Assembly: GCF_963853765.1 (NCBI RefSeq) | Contig: NC_088858.1 | Location: 14,632,001 to 14,696,000, forward strand | DNA: 64,000 nt | Direction: 5' to 3' | DNA from: Magallana gigas | Lineage: Eukaryota | Shown: positions 14,017 to 27,262 of the stretch, one piece after another | Layout of the letters: every line of letters begins with the position of its first letter | Numbering within the stretch: position 1 is the first letter of the stretch | Program-made: the position numbers and the translations under genes | The notes under the pieces: model-generated | Seen by the model: only the letters and a program-made list of their open reading frames with translations | Database searches by the model: none | Told to the model about the DNA's origin: nothing

Positions 14017-16020
14017 TTAATGAGTAAAACAATCTTATAGTAAATTATAGGGCAATAAATTTTAANNNNNNNNNNNNNNNNNNNNNNNNNNNNNNNNNNN
14101 NNNNNNNNNNNNNNNNNNNNNNNNNNNNNNNNNNNNNNNNNNNNNNNNNNNNNNNNNNNNNNNNNNNNNNNNNNNNNNNNNNNNNNNNNNNNNTGGTGGT
14201 CATGGCCATTTTGAGACTACATCAGTCTCCTTGAGAGTCAAACAAACAGCTCCGTATAAAAATTAAGAAAGTATTAAAATTTTAAACCTATGTATAATGT
14301 TTGGAATTCGTCTTTACTAATTAGTATAATTTATTACTAAATATCAAATCTAAAATTTGACGAACATCCAGCCTCCTTAATACTCAGTTCAGTAGAATAT
14401 CTGGGTCCCTCCCCCAACATTGAGGCCTGAATATGTGTTACAGCACTTGAGACTTGTACTTGCATTTTATTCCCCGTTGTGGTTCTCTATCAGTGATACG
14501 TGGGGAGATAACACGAGTGCCAGCTGTAAAAAAAATATTAGTACGACAAGTTTACTTGCGGCATCTGTTCATACTAGATAAAGATGAAACAAAGTAAGAA
14601 GAGATCAAAATTGAGATCACAAACACTGGCACATATGCCATACATACGTACATTAGAAAGTTTCTATGCCACCGCCGCCCGCCTTCTTATTCCCCGGTCT
14701 ATTTTTATATACATGTATATACCGATACTTATGGACTGCAAATATGTCATTATGTTCAAGTGTTTTGGCACTCGAAAATTTCCAGCTTTTGGGCATAATG
14801 ATATCATTTAGCCTTTATAACGAAGTTAATGAGTTTTATTGTTAATTCAAGTGTAAAATTTTCGGTGGATTATTTTTCATGACGAAGAACTTGAGCTTGC
14901 AATGGTACACATATATCAGTATGCAAAAAAGGGGAAAATCTTTAATAAATTCTGTGCATGGTGGTCAAATGTATCTGTATATGTATATGTATACGTTAAA
15001 AAAATTGTAAACAAAAAAATCATAGTTCGGTTAGAATTCAGTTTGTTTGAAAAGGTTTTATGGGAATCTACGGATCCAAATACAAATCATGGCCCATATG
15101 AAATATAATTATTTCGTAATAACAAGATCAAAAATCACCTTAATACATTTACTATATAGTTACATATATTTGAATTGTAATTAGATATTATATGCTGACA
15201 TCCTTATAATTAATCTTGATCCGTTGTTGTCGGTCGTTTCTTACTGTGTCACAACCTGTTCGCCATGATAGTAAGTTTAGTAAGTTTTTGAAAGTGTACA
15301 AAAAAAAAAATTAAAGGACCTAGACATAATTTGATTTTAAATGTTTATTGTTTATATTTGTTTAATGTATAAAATTGTTTACTTGTGCATATTAATTGAT
15401 TGGCCAAAATTTGAATTTTATATAGCGATTTACAGAGGTTAGATATCATTGATATGTAAACAAAGCTCGATCGCTTTTTATATTTGTTTACAAATAATGC
15501 AAAGTAAAGAAATAACAATTTCTCTGACAAAATGACTTGTAGCAAACAAAACAAAATTATTAAATATATTCATAAATGAAATTATCAAAAAATCAAAAAC
15601 AAAAACAAAACAACGTTTGATTGAAACTTGTACCAATACCACACTTATGTAAAACAATAACAAGACTCGAGCTTGTTTTCATATCAAAGAATTTCAAGCC
15701 CTGTATCTTGCTTGTAACTCGATATTTTACTTTCAAATTTTGACGAGCCATTAAAAAGACTTTAAAATTTTGATATTGAAAATGGAAAAATAAAATACCT
15801 TTGTTCAAATTAACACGTCCATAAGAAGAACGAATATTTCATTAAATAGTATAAAGGAAAAATAAAAGATAAAAAATAAATATCATCGAGATTGGAATAC
15901 ATTAAATATCATCCAACATGTCTGCGCCCTTGAGTCAATGAAAGGAACAACTTCTGAAATCTTGCACAAATATTGCCATATCTGGTTAATTTGCCTTGAT
16001 TTTTAAAATGTTATAGGAAA

Positions 16021-19000
16021 ATGCTTTGCAGAAATGTTTATTCTTTGGCTGTTAAACTCGGCGCTAGTTTGAAAATACCATGCAATGTGCGCGAGCTTTG
16101 TTCTGTCAAAACACAACATATTGGTAAACTCTGTTCGGTTAGCCCCAGTCGTCAGACATACGGACAATCTTTTATAACTACGACTACCAATGCAAAAATA
16201 TTCTACCGTCGCTTTGTTTTAACAACGTGTCAAAACTGCCGAAAACATGATGATTTTAGGAGAGGGAAAGGAAATGTACAACAGGTTAATACTTATTCCT
16301 TAGTGAATAATGTTAAGAGGAAAAGAAACTGTATAAAAACTTGTAAAATCTACTGACGATATTTTCAGTATTTCAATTGAAAAACGTTTACTCTTAAATT
16401 ATCACTTACATTTTGTGTCATATATCTTTTAGAAGGAAAATATTCTGACTGTGCCAAATCTTCTAACAGCCAGTCGAATTGTTTCTACACCATTTCTAGG
16501 CTACATGGTGACACATGGGCATTTCGAAATAGCTCTTGGGTTGTTTGTTGTTGCTGGCATCACTGACCTTGTAAGTACACCATATTTAGGTGGTTGGAAG
16601 TACTGGCAGGGTTTTGAACCTGGGACCTATGCACTTTTAGCCACGAGCTATAAAAAGCTGATATGCATGATCCATGAAGCTCAGAACACAACCATCATAC
16701 TGATTTTACTCTCTCATAAATATTTATCTTTGGTTTATGACTCCTTATATTAATTCATCAATGATAATCATTTACTCTATATGTATATTAATATATTGGT
16801 ATCAAATATCTTTAAATGCTCTTTCTTATCAGTAGTTGTTTGTAGGACAAAAATTTTCAAACCAAACGGATTAGAAAGGCTAATTTGAGATTCAGAATCC
16901 TGGGGACAATGACATAACTTTTGAAGATTTTTGATTCATTTCAAATACGGTGCGTAGTTAGGTTATGTTTTATAAAGAAATGCCTTTTTTTTTAAAAGCT
17001 TGATGGATACGTTGCAAGAAATTTCAAAGGACAAATGTCGAGCTTTGGGACTTTTCTGGACCCTTTGGCAGACAAGGTCATGATGACAGTGATGTTTACC
17101 ACTCTGTCAATGGCAAACATTGTTCCAGGTAAATTTAGTTAATATATAGAAATGAAGAAAATGTATACTCAGTTGTTAACAATACATCTGAGAGAAGCTT
17201 ATAGTAATTAATTTAGATACATGTATAAGATAATTACATGTGTAATAGGAAAGGAGGAATATTGAAAACATATGGCTGGACCGGTAATCGAACCTGGAAC
17301 CCCTGTATCTCTAGTCAGGAGCTCTACCACTGAGCTACCCAGGCTGATATTCACAGTCGATATAACCCCAACTACATTTGTACTACATTCCTCCCTCCTT
17401 AAGGAGGCCAATTTGGGGTTTTTTGCGGAAAAACTACAATAGCATAACTCTTTTTTTTAACCATATGTAATTTAAACCAACTCTAGTTTATTTGCGAAGG
17501 TTCATGAAAATCGACCGTCTGGTTCTTTTTAGGGACCATCTCAAAATAGAGGTACATTTACTATAGGAATATATTAAGGAAACTGTCATTTTCCGCACAT
17601 CAAAGCAGTTTAAAAAAATACTACAATAGCTTTTTTTCTCAAATTGTTATATATGATTAGTAATATCATTTCCTACCTTATATGTAAAAAACCCAAAATT
17701 CTAACGTCTGGTTTTTAGTGGGGGCCATCTCAAAATATTAAAATGCACCAAATTTTGCTATATATTTGGATCATCACGAATGATGATTGGTATATGGATT
17801 CATTCCAAAAATGAGGAAAATGTCCTCGAGGATAGCATCATTCTCAGTGTATATAAAATTTCAACAGCGTACAATTTTTACTTTGTCTTTAATGTTATTT
17901 CTTATAACGTACTCCTACAAAGCTTCATTTTATCATAACATCATAAAAGCACAATGGCAATGCTCCCCTACCGCACAACGTAAAAATCGTGTAGAAAATA
18001 AAAATTTCCTTTAAAAATATAAATATTTTTATCTGTATTTTGTTTATTGTGTTCAATTTTATAAATGATATCGAAAAAATTTCATAAGAAGTATAAATCA
18101 ACTGTATTATATTAGAAAGCGCAAACACATGCGCAATGCAAACTAAAGTCGGCCTCCTCAAATGATCTTCGCCCTCTTAGATCACCCCAGATTCTTGTCA
18201 GGTGTTAACCTGTCAGTTCCAGGGGCAGGTCACGGCACCAAATGTAATAGGAAATGGGGAATATTGAAAACATATGGCTGGACCGGAAATCGAACTTGGG
18301 ACCTCTGTAACTCTAGACAGGAGCTCTATCACTGAGCTACCCAGGCCGATATCCATGGTCCATATAGCTCCAACTACTACACATGTATAGATATTTTATG
18401 AATACGATATATCCGTTTGTTGTACATTGCAGTGGCGCTGGCTGTGATAGTGGTGGGCAGGGATGTGTTACTGGTGGGGGCCGGATTCTATGTGAAATAC
18501 ATTTCACTAAAACCACCAGTAAGTGTTTACATTCTTCTAAGTGAAATAGATATTACTTAAAACCCCGGTAAGTATTATACATATATTTTTTAAAATGTGT
18601 ACCAACATTTTGTCCTACTGATATTTTAAGAGTTTATAAATGAATATTATATTTCACTGAATGGTTATTTGATATTGTAGATAACATTCTCAAAATTCTT
18701 TGATGTTACAAATGCAAGTGCAACACTTCATCCTTCGACACTGAGCAAGGTGAGTGAAGTCTAGAAAACACCTTCCCTCCATTTAGTTTACTCGCTTTTT
18801 CAAAAACCCACATTCAGTTGAGGCATATACTCGCTGACCATGAACTTTCTCCCTTTTAACTCCTTTATCATGAATGATTACTTTGGGATCCTATCCTTAA
18901 CACTTTTAAGCTTATTACTGCTGTAATTTTGTTGTTTGTTAAACTTTGTTACAGTACAACACACTTCTCCAGCTGTTGCTGATCTCCTCAGCTCTGGTAT

Positions 19001-19875
19001 CTCAGGTGATGGGATGGGGGGATAACCCCACCCTCCAAACTCTATAGTAAGTATTGCATGTTCATGGCCACCAACCATTATAACCTCAATAATTCCTTAA
19101 AAAGTGTATAAAAGCTAGACTTTCATATACTCTTTCTTCAGTTTATGAATACATTTTACTTCTGTATTTGTTAATAAAAAGTAAAAATGCTGCCACAGAT
19201 TTAAAGGGACTTGGGCACGATTGGAGATCAAATTTTAATTTTTTATTTTTATGTATAAAATCGTTTACTTGTGCATTTTGAATGATTTACCAAAATTTGA
19301 ATGTTAGACGTTTAGTTTCAAGCAAGATACAGAGGTAAGAATTCAAAGCTTGACTGTGAATCTTATATTTGTTTACAAAAAATGTTAAGTAAAAAATATT
19401 ACTGTAATATGCAGTTACCATTTATTTGACAAATCTTAAATAATATTATCAACAAAGGAAAGCACCATTTCATCGAAACTTATACCAATACAACAAGTAT
19501 GTAAACAATAACAAGACAAAACAAAGAATTTCAAACTCTGTATCTTGCTTGTAATTTGATATTTGACTTTCAAATTTTGATGAAGTATTTAATAACAATA
19601 CACATATTAACCATTTTAGACATTATAAATGGAATTTTTTTTTTCTTCAAATTTTGAGTTCAAATTGTGTCCAAGTACATACATGAAAAATAATGATCAC
19701 TGTTTCACTATATTTTTATCTGTATTTTTAGAACTAAAACATCGATTGTGATCATAAAAGATCCTCTAATTAGTACATGTTCTGTTTTAGTTTGGTCACA
19801 GGTTGTACGACTATTGGATCTGGCCTGCAGTATATGTGGAACTCTAAAGCTTATTTTAAATTAAAGAAAAAATGA
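16021..19875 (+). CDS. CRLS1: Cardiolipin synthase (CDP-alcohol phosphatidyltransferase), 7 exons, 287 aa
   Basis: Exons 16021-16284, 16433-16570, 16999-17128, 18433-18518, 18681-18749, 18955-19046 and 19791-19875 sum to 864 nt. Motifs: [47 protein letters not shown] (CDP-alcohol PT signature); GRDVLL; PSTLSKYNTLLQL. The basic, Ser/Thr-rich N-terminus fits a mitochondrial presequence. Confidence 0.93.
17265..17385 (-). mobile_element. tRNA-derived SINE head (copy 1)
   Basis: The reverse strand reads GGGTAGCTCAGTGGTAGAGCTCCTGACTAGAGATACAGGGGTTCCAGGTTCGATTACCGGTCCAGCCA, with A- and B-box-like motifs and a non-canonical anticodon arm. A near-identical copy lies at ~18258-18378 and related fragments near 50820-50880 and 51060-51140. 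Confidence 0.65.
17403..18158. mobile_element. TTAA-flanked DNA element (AGGAGGCC...GGCCTCCT ends), Kolobok-like
   Basis: TTAAGGAGGCC at ~17399-17409 and GGCCTCCT at ~18151-18158. Similar CCAGCCTCCTTAA ends occur near 14370 and 2850. Confidence 0.45.
19205..19677. mobile_element. Kolobok-type MITE, related subfamily
   Basis: TTAA|AGGGACTTGGGCACGATT 5' end; internal similarity to the other copies; eroded 3' end TGTGTCCAAGT. Confidence 0.55.
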
Positions 19876-21400
19876 AAAAACAAAACACTGGCTTTGGTTT
19901 TTTTCCTCATCTCATTCTATAGTTAAGTTGCAGGCAAACAGAGAAATTAAAAGTTTGAGGAGATTAATGATAAACTCTGAATTCATGAGCTAAACATGTA
20001 CTAAAATTATACAGTATATGTACAGGTCTGTGATTTGATTGAAATAAAACATGCAGATATTGTATCCTATGTTGGTATATGCTATATATGAAACTTTGTT
20101 TTCACAAAAAATAACTAACTAAAAATTAATCTAAGAATTTTCACAAAATGTGCAACACATGAAAAAAATATCTAAATGGGATTAACAGTATGTGTGATGA
20201 TATAGAAACAATTGTTCTTGTTTGTGCAGTCTGGTCTGTTCTTATTACCTTTTGTTTTGTGGTCAGAAGAGACAGGTTGTATTTATCTCCCTTATACATA
20301 ATTAATGCTGCTTAATTTTGTCAAAGTTAAATAATTGCTTAGAAATGAACCTTTCTATTCTCATCTTCCATGCAAATGATCAGTTTTGTTAATAATTTAT
20401 AAATTAGATTCAACTTCACAGAAAATATATTTTTTCTTAATAATTTCGTTCCATTTCATTTATGTAAAATCAATTCAAAAGAGAAAAACATCAAGATTTG
20501 TAAATGATCTAGACTTTTTATTAGGAGTTATGAACAAATAATACGATCACGAAAACAGCATGATGGACAAATAATGTATCAGCATATCCTTTGGTCATAA
20601 ACAACAATTTAGAGCAGAAATCCATTAATTTGAGTGAGACAATATGCCCCATAAAGGTTAATTTTTTATTGATTTGCAATGAACAGAGATGAAAGACTTG
20701 CAGGTTAATATCTCTGTTAAGAGAATTGTGTACAATGTATTTTACTGTACAGTACATGATTAATAAATTAAACAAAGAGAAATGAATGATATATCACTGA
20801 CAACAATTTATTCTGGGAAGGGGGGTGGGAGTGGGGTCAATACTGATGATTTAAAGCAATTGTTGCAAAAAGTCGGTCTCGTGCAACTAAGGAATAAATT
20901 TAGAAAAAGCAGTTTGCACCTACAGCTATGCTATATGTTGATAGGTTCAAAAACTATTATTTTGCAACATTAAAAAACAAAGAGCATAGAAAAGGGAAAT
21001 TAGAAAGAACCAAAGTTCTTTTATGTACATGATCCTTATTCCAGTATATTTAGATTTTCCAGTGTTTTTGATCACTGTAAGAGTTTTTATAACATAGTTT
21101 AATACATTTCATCAATGATAAAAATGATTGAATGTTGTGGCCCGGGCAAGCGGAGTCTGCAAAATTATACAAAATGGAAATTATGTCAAAATGTAATTAA
21201 TAAATATATTAATTAAGTGAAAAAGGAATTATTATTCTTTGAATATAATGAGGTGATCTTCATTCGGGGTAGTAGGATCATTAAATCTATCATAAAGCCG
21301 TTCACTACTGTTTTCAAGTACAAGCCAACCAATAATACAGATAATATGACTGCAAGAAACAAACTTTTTGACATTACAAAAACAACAATTTAAGACGTTT

Positions 21401-24400
21401 CTACATCTTAAAGAATTCCTCTGGGATGAGATTTTTCAACATCAGATTATTTTTGAGATTTCCAGGAATATCCAGAAAACTGACATTCTCCTCCAAGTTT
21501 CCTTTGAATCTTCTTCTAAAAAACACTCTACATAGGGCCAAAAGGCGAGGAGGAGAGGAAGAAAAATTAATCAACATCCTTCGCAATAGTGGGGAACTAT
21601 CGTAAGGGAATTCACGATCTACGACCCATTGCTCTCTGTAAATGTTGTAGCCAGCCAGAATGAGAGTCATCACTACATCGACAGAACACTGAAGGGCTGC
21701 CACATAAAGCAGTGATCTCGGCACTGGATATATTACAGTGGCAACGTCTGATTGAGCATGCTGGTCTATGCCTCGTGATGACACCTCCAGTTCCACATTC
21801 TTTACAAGTAAATATCTGATTGTATCCTGGTCATTTTTGTAGACAGCATTCCACAGTGGGGTGGTGTTGTGATGGTTTCTACAGTCTGGGTCTGCACCAG
21901 CGTTCACCAGCTTGCAGACCATTTTTAAATTGCTGTTGAATGTGGCATACAGTAGTGGTGTGTCTTCATCTTTGTCGACATTGTTAACATTACATCCCAG
22001 AGGCAGCAACATGTTGATAACTTCAAGATGGTCGCCATGGGCAGCCAAGGACAGTGGAGTGTTGCCATCATTAGTCCTTGTGTCATGCTCCATTCCTGTT
22101 TTAAGCAACAGATCAACAATATCTGTATAGCCATTCCATGCAGCTACATGTAAGGCATTGTAACCTTGCGCATTCTTAGATGTTACCTCTGCCCCATGTT
22201 TGATTAGTTTTTGCGCCACATCAAAGGCACCTGCAATGCTTGAGAGTACAATAGGTGGGTTACCATCATCTCCTGTCACATTGGGGTCTGCTCCATTCTC
22301 GACCAAATAACACACCATTTCTGTGTCCTCTGCCATGAGTAGGTGCAAGGCAAATGACAGGGCGGTTTGATTCCTTTTATTTTTTATGTTGAGGTTGGCC
22401 CCTTTTTTGATAAGTGGTCGAACATAATCCATGCCACGAATGACTGCCATCATAAGAGCAGTGTTCCCCTTTTCATCCTGAACATCGCATTTAGCCCCGG
22501 CTTCCAGAAGAGACTCAAATGCCTCATAGAAATGAATTCGAACAGCATGAACAAGGGGGGATTCTCCTTTGGTATTTTTTATGTTTATTTTCAAATTCTT
22601 CACAGTTAAAAGTTTATTGACAACATCCATGTACCGTAAATGAACTGCTTCATGAAGTGCAGTGTATTTTTCAGGATAAACAAGAACATTCACATCAACT
22701 CCTATGCCCAATAAGAAGTCTATGACATCTAACTGTCGGTTCTTCACTGCATAATATAAGGGGGTTTTGTGACTCGTTGTCTTGGCATTCATATCACATC
22801 TGTATTTATTCAGTAAAGACAGAATTTTTATGTGTCCAAAGCCAGCGGCGGCATGTACCAGGCTTATAGTGGCAGAGACACTGTTGGACTGATTTTGGTC
22901 CTCCGTCCTACAGCGACATTTTCCCCTGGTAATGTCACCCAGCACAATGTTTAGTCCTTCATTAAGGGCATTTTCGTGCCTCAGTGGATGGCTCTCCAAA
23001 AACTTTAAACAAATGCACGTCTGGGTTGTACCTGAAAGTAAAATTTCCTACATAAATTAATAAATAATTAATAAATTAAAAATATATTGTTTACTCACAT
23101 TTGCTTAAAATAAGATAATTTTAAAGTTATACATATCAGGTAAGGCATTTCCATGCCTTTAAATGCCGAATATAACTTCCTTTTTATTTATGTGAATTAC
23201 TGGTAATATTATATATAATGGGGCATGCATATACTTTCACAGACTTACTTACCCATAGTAATTTTCATATCCAACAGGTCTTTGTATTTCTGGAACAATA
23301 ATTCAATATCACTGTCTCCCCTCACCACTCGCTCATACAGATGGGCCTGGGCCCTTCGCATTTCTGCAATAAAAAGTCTACATTTGAGGACAAAGCAATT
23401 CAAAACTTAATACATGACCAAGGATGCATGTTAATTATTATTCAAGCCTGCATTTATAAGCCTTGCAAATTAACACAACTTTGCATGTATCTCATGCTAA
23501 CAAAACTTCACTAACTTGGTCGTTGCTGCTGTGGGATTGTGTTGGCAAGATAGTATGCAGTGTGACAGTGCGATGGTATGTTATGTAAAGTTGTCAGTGC
23601 AACAGCTTATTGTGCTAAGTTGCTGTGATAATTAGTATATTGGGCTCAGCACTGCAATGCTGCTACTAGCACTAGCTAGTAGCTTAACCCTTTAGCCAAG
23701 TCAGTACAATGTTGGTTTTTAACTGAAGGGTCATGGATTTGGGCTTACTTGTGGTCATTCCACCTAATCTGTAATTGTATATTGGTTCACAACAAAATAG
23801 TCTAAGTGGAGTGGATTAATGAAAAAATAGTCTTAGAGGAGTTGATTAATGAGTCTTGTGCAAGATTTCTTTAGAATAAAAATCTCAAAAGAAAAGGTTG
23901 AAGAATGTGATTCTCAGTAATTTGTGTAATAGGCTCAGTAGTGCCATCTTCTTACTTGAGTCTAGCACTGAGCTGCAAAGATTATGTATTTTTGTCATCT
24001 GGATGTTGAAGATGAGAATCACTTTATTTTTAAATGTTCAATGTACCATATGAATATAGAAAACTGTACATCAAAAAATACTATTGGTATAAACCAAGTA
24101 TGTATAAATTATTACAATTATTATCAACTGAAAATACTACTGAATTAAGTAATTTAGGAAAATATCTTCAGAAAGCAGAAGCACTCAGAAATTTGTTGGT
24201 AATAGATTATAAAATAGTCAATACTTTGATGCATTTAATACATCGCTACATATTATGTATTCTTTGTATCTGATGAGCCATTTGGCTTAATTAAGGAATA
24301 AACTAAACTAAACTTAACTAAGCTCAGACGGTAGAGTGTTAATTGGTTTTTAGACTAAGGTAGCAAGGGACAGTTTCGAATAAAGTACCCGGTCAATATT

Positions 24401-25365
24401 TTTGTAAAATTGAGAGTTGCTGTACTTGAAGGCTTATGAGTGTTGCTAAAATTCATGAAATGATTTTTAATGATTATCATTAGTTAGAGGGGTGTCTCTT
24501 GTTGAAATTGATATGCAATATGTAGGCCCCTTATGTTAGGTACATGAGAATCAGAATTAAAATGCGAAACCTGCGGCTATGACTGTTGTGCTGACTTTAC
24601 ACAGTGAAATTGCAAGTTACAGACGGGAGGTAAAATAACACGAAAAGAAGGTGGATGGGACATTGAAAACTATACACCGGTAAGTTTGTGACATGTGATA
24701 GTGCAACATGCACGCGGTACGGAAGGTCAACCCTCTGCAGGGAATTAGCTGGGGGAGGTTTAAAAAGCTGAAAAATTAGCAAAATATGAAAGGGTCAAAA
24801 TCTCATAAAAACCAGTATGTAGAGAATTTTACAGGTTTTGATTATAGTAGTTTTCTTCAGAAATTGGTGATTGGCCTTATAAAGAGTGAATTAAAGGTAT
24901 TTGTGCTGAATGGGAACTGAGGAAATTCTAGTTATAGAGTTCCGAAGACATGCATCCCTTGGCTACAATGAATTGTATCAAAAAAACTGTCCCCTGCCAC
25001 CTAAAGGGTCAAGGGTTCAAGTCTAAGTCTGTTATCGTGGTCATTCCTCTTATTCTTCATTGCATTTATTTAGCTTGTTGACATAACAGAATGACAATTT
25101 AGAACGTCCTGTTGGGCCTCGCAATGGTACTATCCGGACACCATATGATGGGACCACAAACAGCTGATAATTTTTAGCTAAGAAATTCTGTAATACTAAT
25201 TAACATGTACGCCGTTCAGCATAAACCATAAAAATACATGTAAATGTACATATGTAGCATACATATGATACTGTACATTAATTATTGACATGCAAGTTTT
25301 GGTTGCTGGTATTTAGATGATCTCGTATAATGTAAAAAGTTATGACATTTACCTAGATCGTCCAT
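21401..25365 (-). CDS. Ankyrin-repeat and SOCS-box protein (ASB-like), ~547 aa
   Basis: First coding exon 25365-25353 (MDDLG|, phase 1) splices to one 1631-nt exon 23031-21401. It holds many ankyrin repeats (TPLYYAVKN, TALHEAV, TALMMAV, NALHVAAWNG, TPLSLAAHG, TPLLYA, TPLWNAV) and a C-terminal SOCS box PPRLLALCRVFFRR...LDIPGNLKNNL. Confidence 0.9.
24002..24315 (+). mobile_element. 5'-truncated LINE (CR1/L2-like) 3' end in the ankyrin gene intron
   Basis: DVEDENHFIFKC, then a frameshift, then EYRKLYIKKYYWYKPSMYKLLQLLSTENTTELSNLGKYL. This resembles the ORF2 C-terminus of invertebrate CR1/L2-type LINEs and is followed by AATAAA and a (CTAAA)n tail. Confidence 0.6.
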
Positions 25366-27262
25366 TCTGAGTCAGTGAGAGACAGTCACTTTTAGTTTGA
25401 CAGGAGACTGAAAAATGTCCATGTACTCAGCAAGGCTCAATTTTTACACTTCAAATTGTGTTTAACTAAAAATGCAAATTCATTGTTGTCATAATCTGAA
25501 TCGTGACCAGACAGCGTTTCCTAAGGTTTGATTGTTTACATTCTCTTAAATTTCCGTCTTGTTCTCTGCCAAGACTTGACACATCTGTCAATTTCACCCG
25601 AAAACACAGAAGAGCTTCTCCGTGTGCAGAGTTATCGGTCGTGTCTGACTATAACAGGCTTTTAACACAATATGTGCACCCAAAAATCGTTTATATAAGG
25701 GTTTTTTTTTTGGGGGGGGGGGTCTGGGTTTTTCTTCTTTTTTTTGCACATATTGTGTCAAAACCCTGCGGCCTTTACAAAGTTTAATGTACGTTCTAAT
25801 TTTTGTCATTTTAGCATGATGATATATAGAGGTTTTTTTTTTACAAAACAAGTTTTACATTAAGGATATCGCATTATTTCACTCGCCCCTCTCCCTCTTT
25901 TTTTGCTTTGAATCTAAATGTAGAAGATTTATAAATGTCTTTTAGAAATGATTAAACAGGCTTTCACTTAAATTACTTTTAAAGATTTTAAATGAATGAA
26001 TTAATGAATGAATGAATGAATTTAAATGAATCAATTATTCCATAAGTGGATTTATTTTATCTAGTCAAGTAGTAATATATGGTTAATTGATGTTTTTTAA
26101 TCTTATATCATTTAAACATGTTAATTTATAGAATGAAATAATTTTCACCAATGGTTTTTAAATTTAATTTAAGAGCAATATGGAGAAGGCAATGCTATAA
26201 TCATTTTGTGGAATATCAGTATTGACATATTAAACAGTGTTAAATGACGAAGCATTAGAAAAAATAACTAATCATGAATTTCAAAACAAATAAACAAAAC
26301 ATATTTGTCCGTCCGTACCTCACAAAGTCCTATATCATAACGCGTCAGTCAAGAAAATTTAAAAGTCGGTAGGTAAGTTATGGAAACTGAAAGCGAATGA
26401 CAATTGTATAAATTGTGTTATTTTAGCCTTATCTTTTCTATAAAAGATATTCATATTCGTTCTCATTGGATATTATAATTACCTTTATTTATATTGAATA
26501 CCTCAGCAATATTTTAAGTGTATGTTGAAGCATGCATTGCTTGCAAGCATCCACAAAATAAAGTTTAATCAAGGCGAACAAAAGATTCACGAGAATTATA
26601 AATGGTCATTTAGATCTACACGGACAAAATAATTAAAACTGGTTTGATGGTGATCCGATTTCAAATCAGTAACTGTATGAACACAACTGTGTTGTCACAC
26701 CAAGTTAAAGACTCTACACAACCTTGTAAAATTCCTGGAATCGCCGAAGGATCGCAGAAAAAATTCAGTAAATTGTACAATTTTATATGAATTTTTTTTA
26801 CAAGTAAAGATTTTGATGACAAAGGCGTCCTTACGGCGAACGGGGCGTTTCTATAATATGGCGCTCGCGCGGCGTGTAACTATTTGACAGCGCTCTCGCC
26901 GAGAATCCAAGCTCTCATTGACGTGCTAGGAGGTTTTAACTCGTGTACACGGCGTGCTAAGTGTGCTTACTGCGTGCCCAAGACTTTTTAAAAAAACTTT
27001 TTACAATTGTACAGATAAAATTTAAAATTGTACGTGAAACAAACATTCTTTTAAACTTTATTTCTAGTAAATAAATGATAAACACATTGTTTTTGTTTGT
27101 TTTAATGAAATAAGGTAATTCAATCAAAACTTTCCGACTACACAAAAATCTTAGTAGTCGGATCTACTATTTCTTGATTTAAAAAATCGACTGTTATTCA
27201 TATTAAAACCAATCAAATAACTTTTATGCTTAATGTTCACATTGTTCACCGGAGCTTTTGAC

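Noticed and set aside
17265-18378. Functional tRNA genes
   Set aside because: A/B boxes are present, but the anticodon arm is irregular and two diverged copies share non-tRNA flanks, so these are SINE-like.
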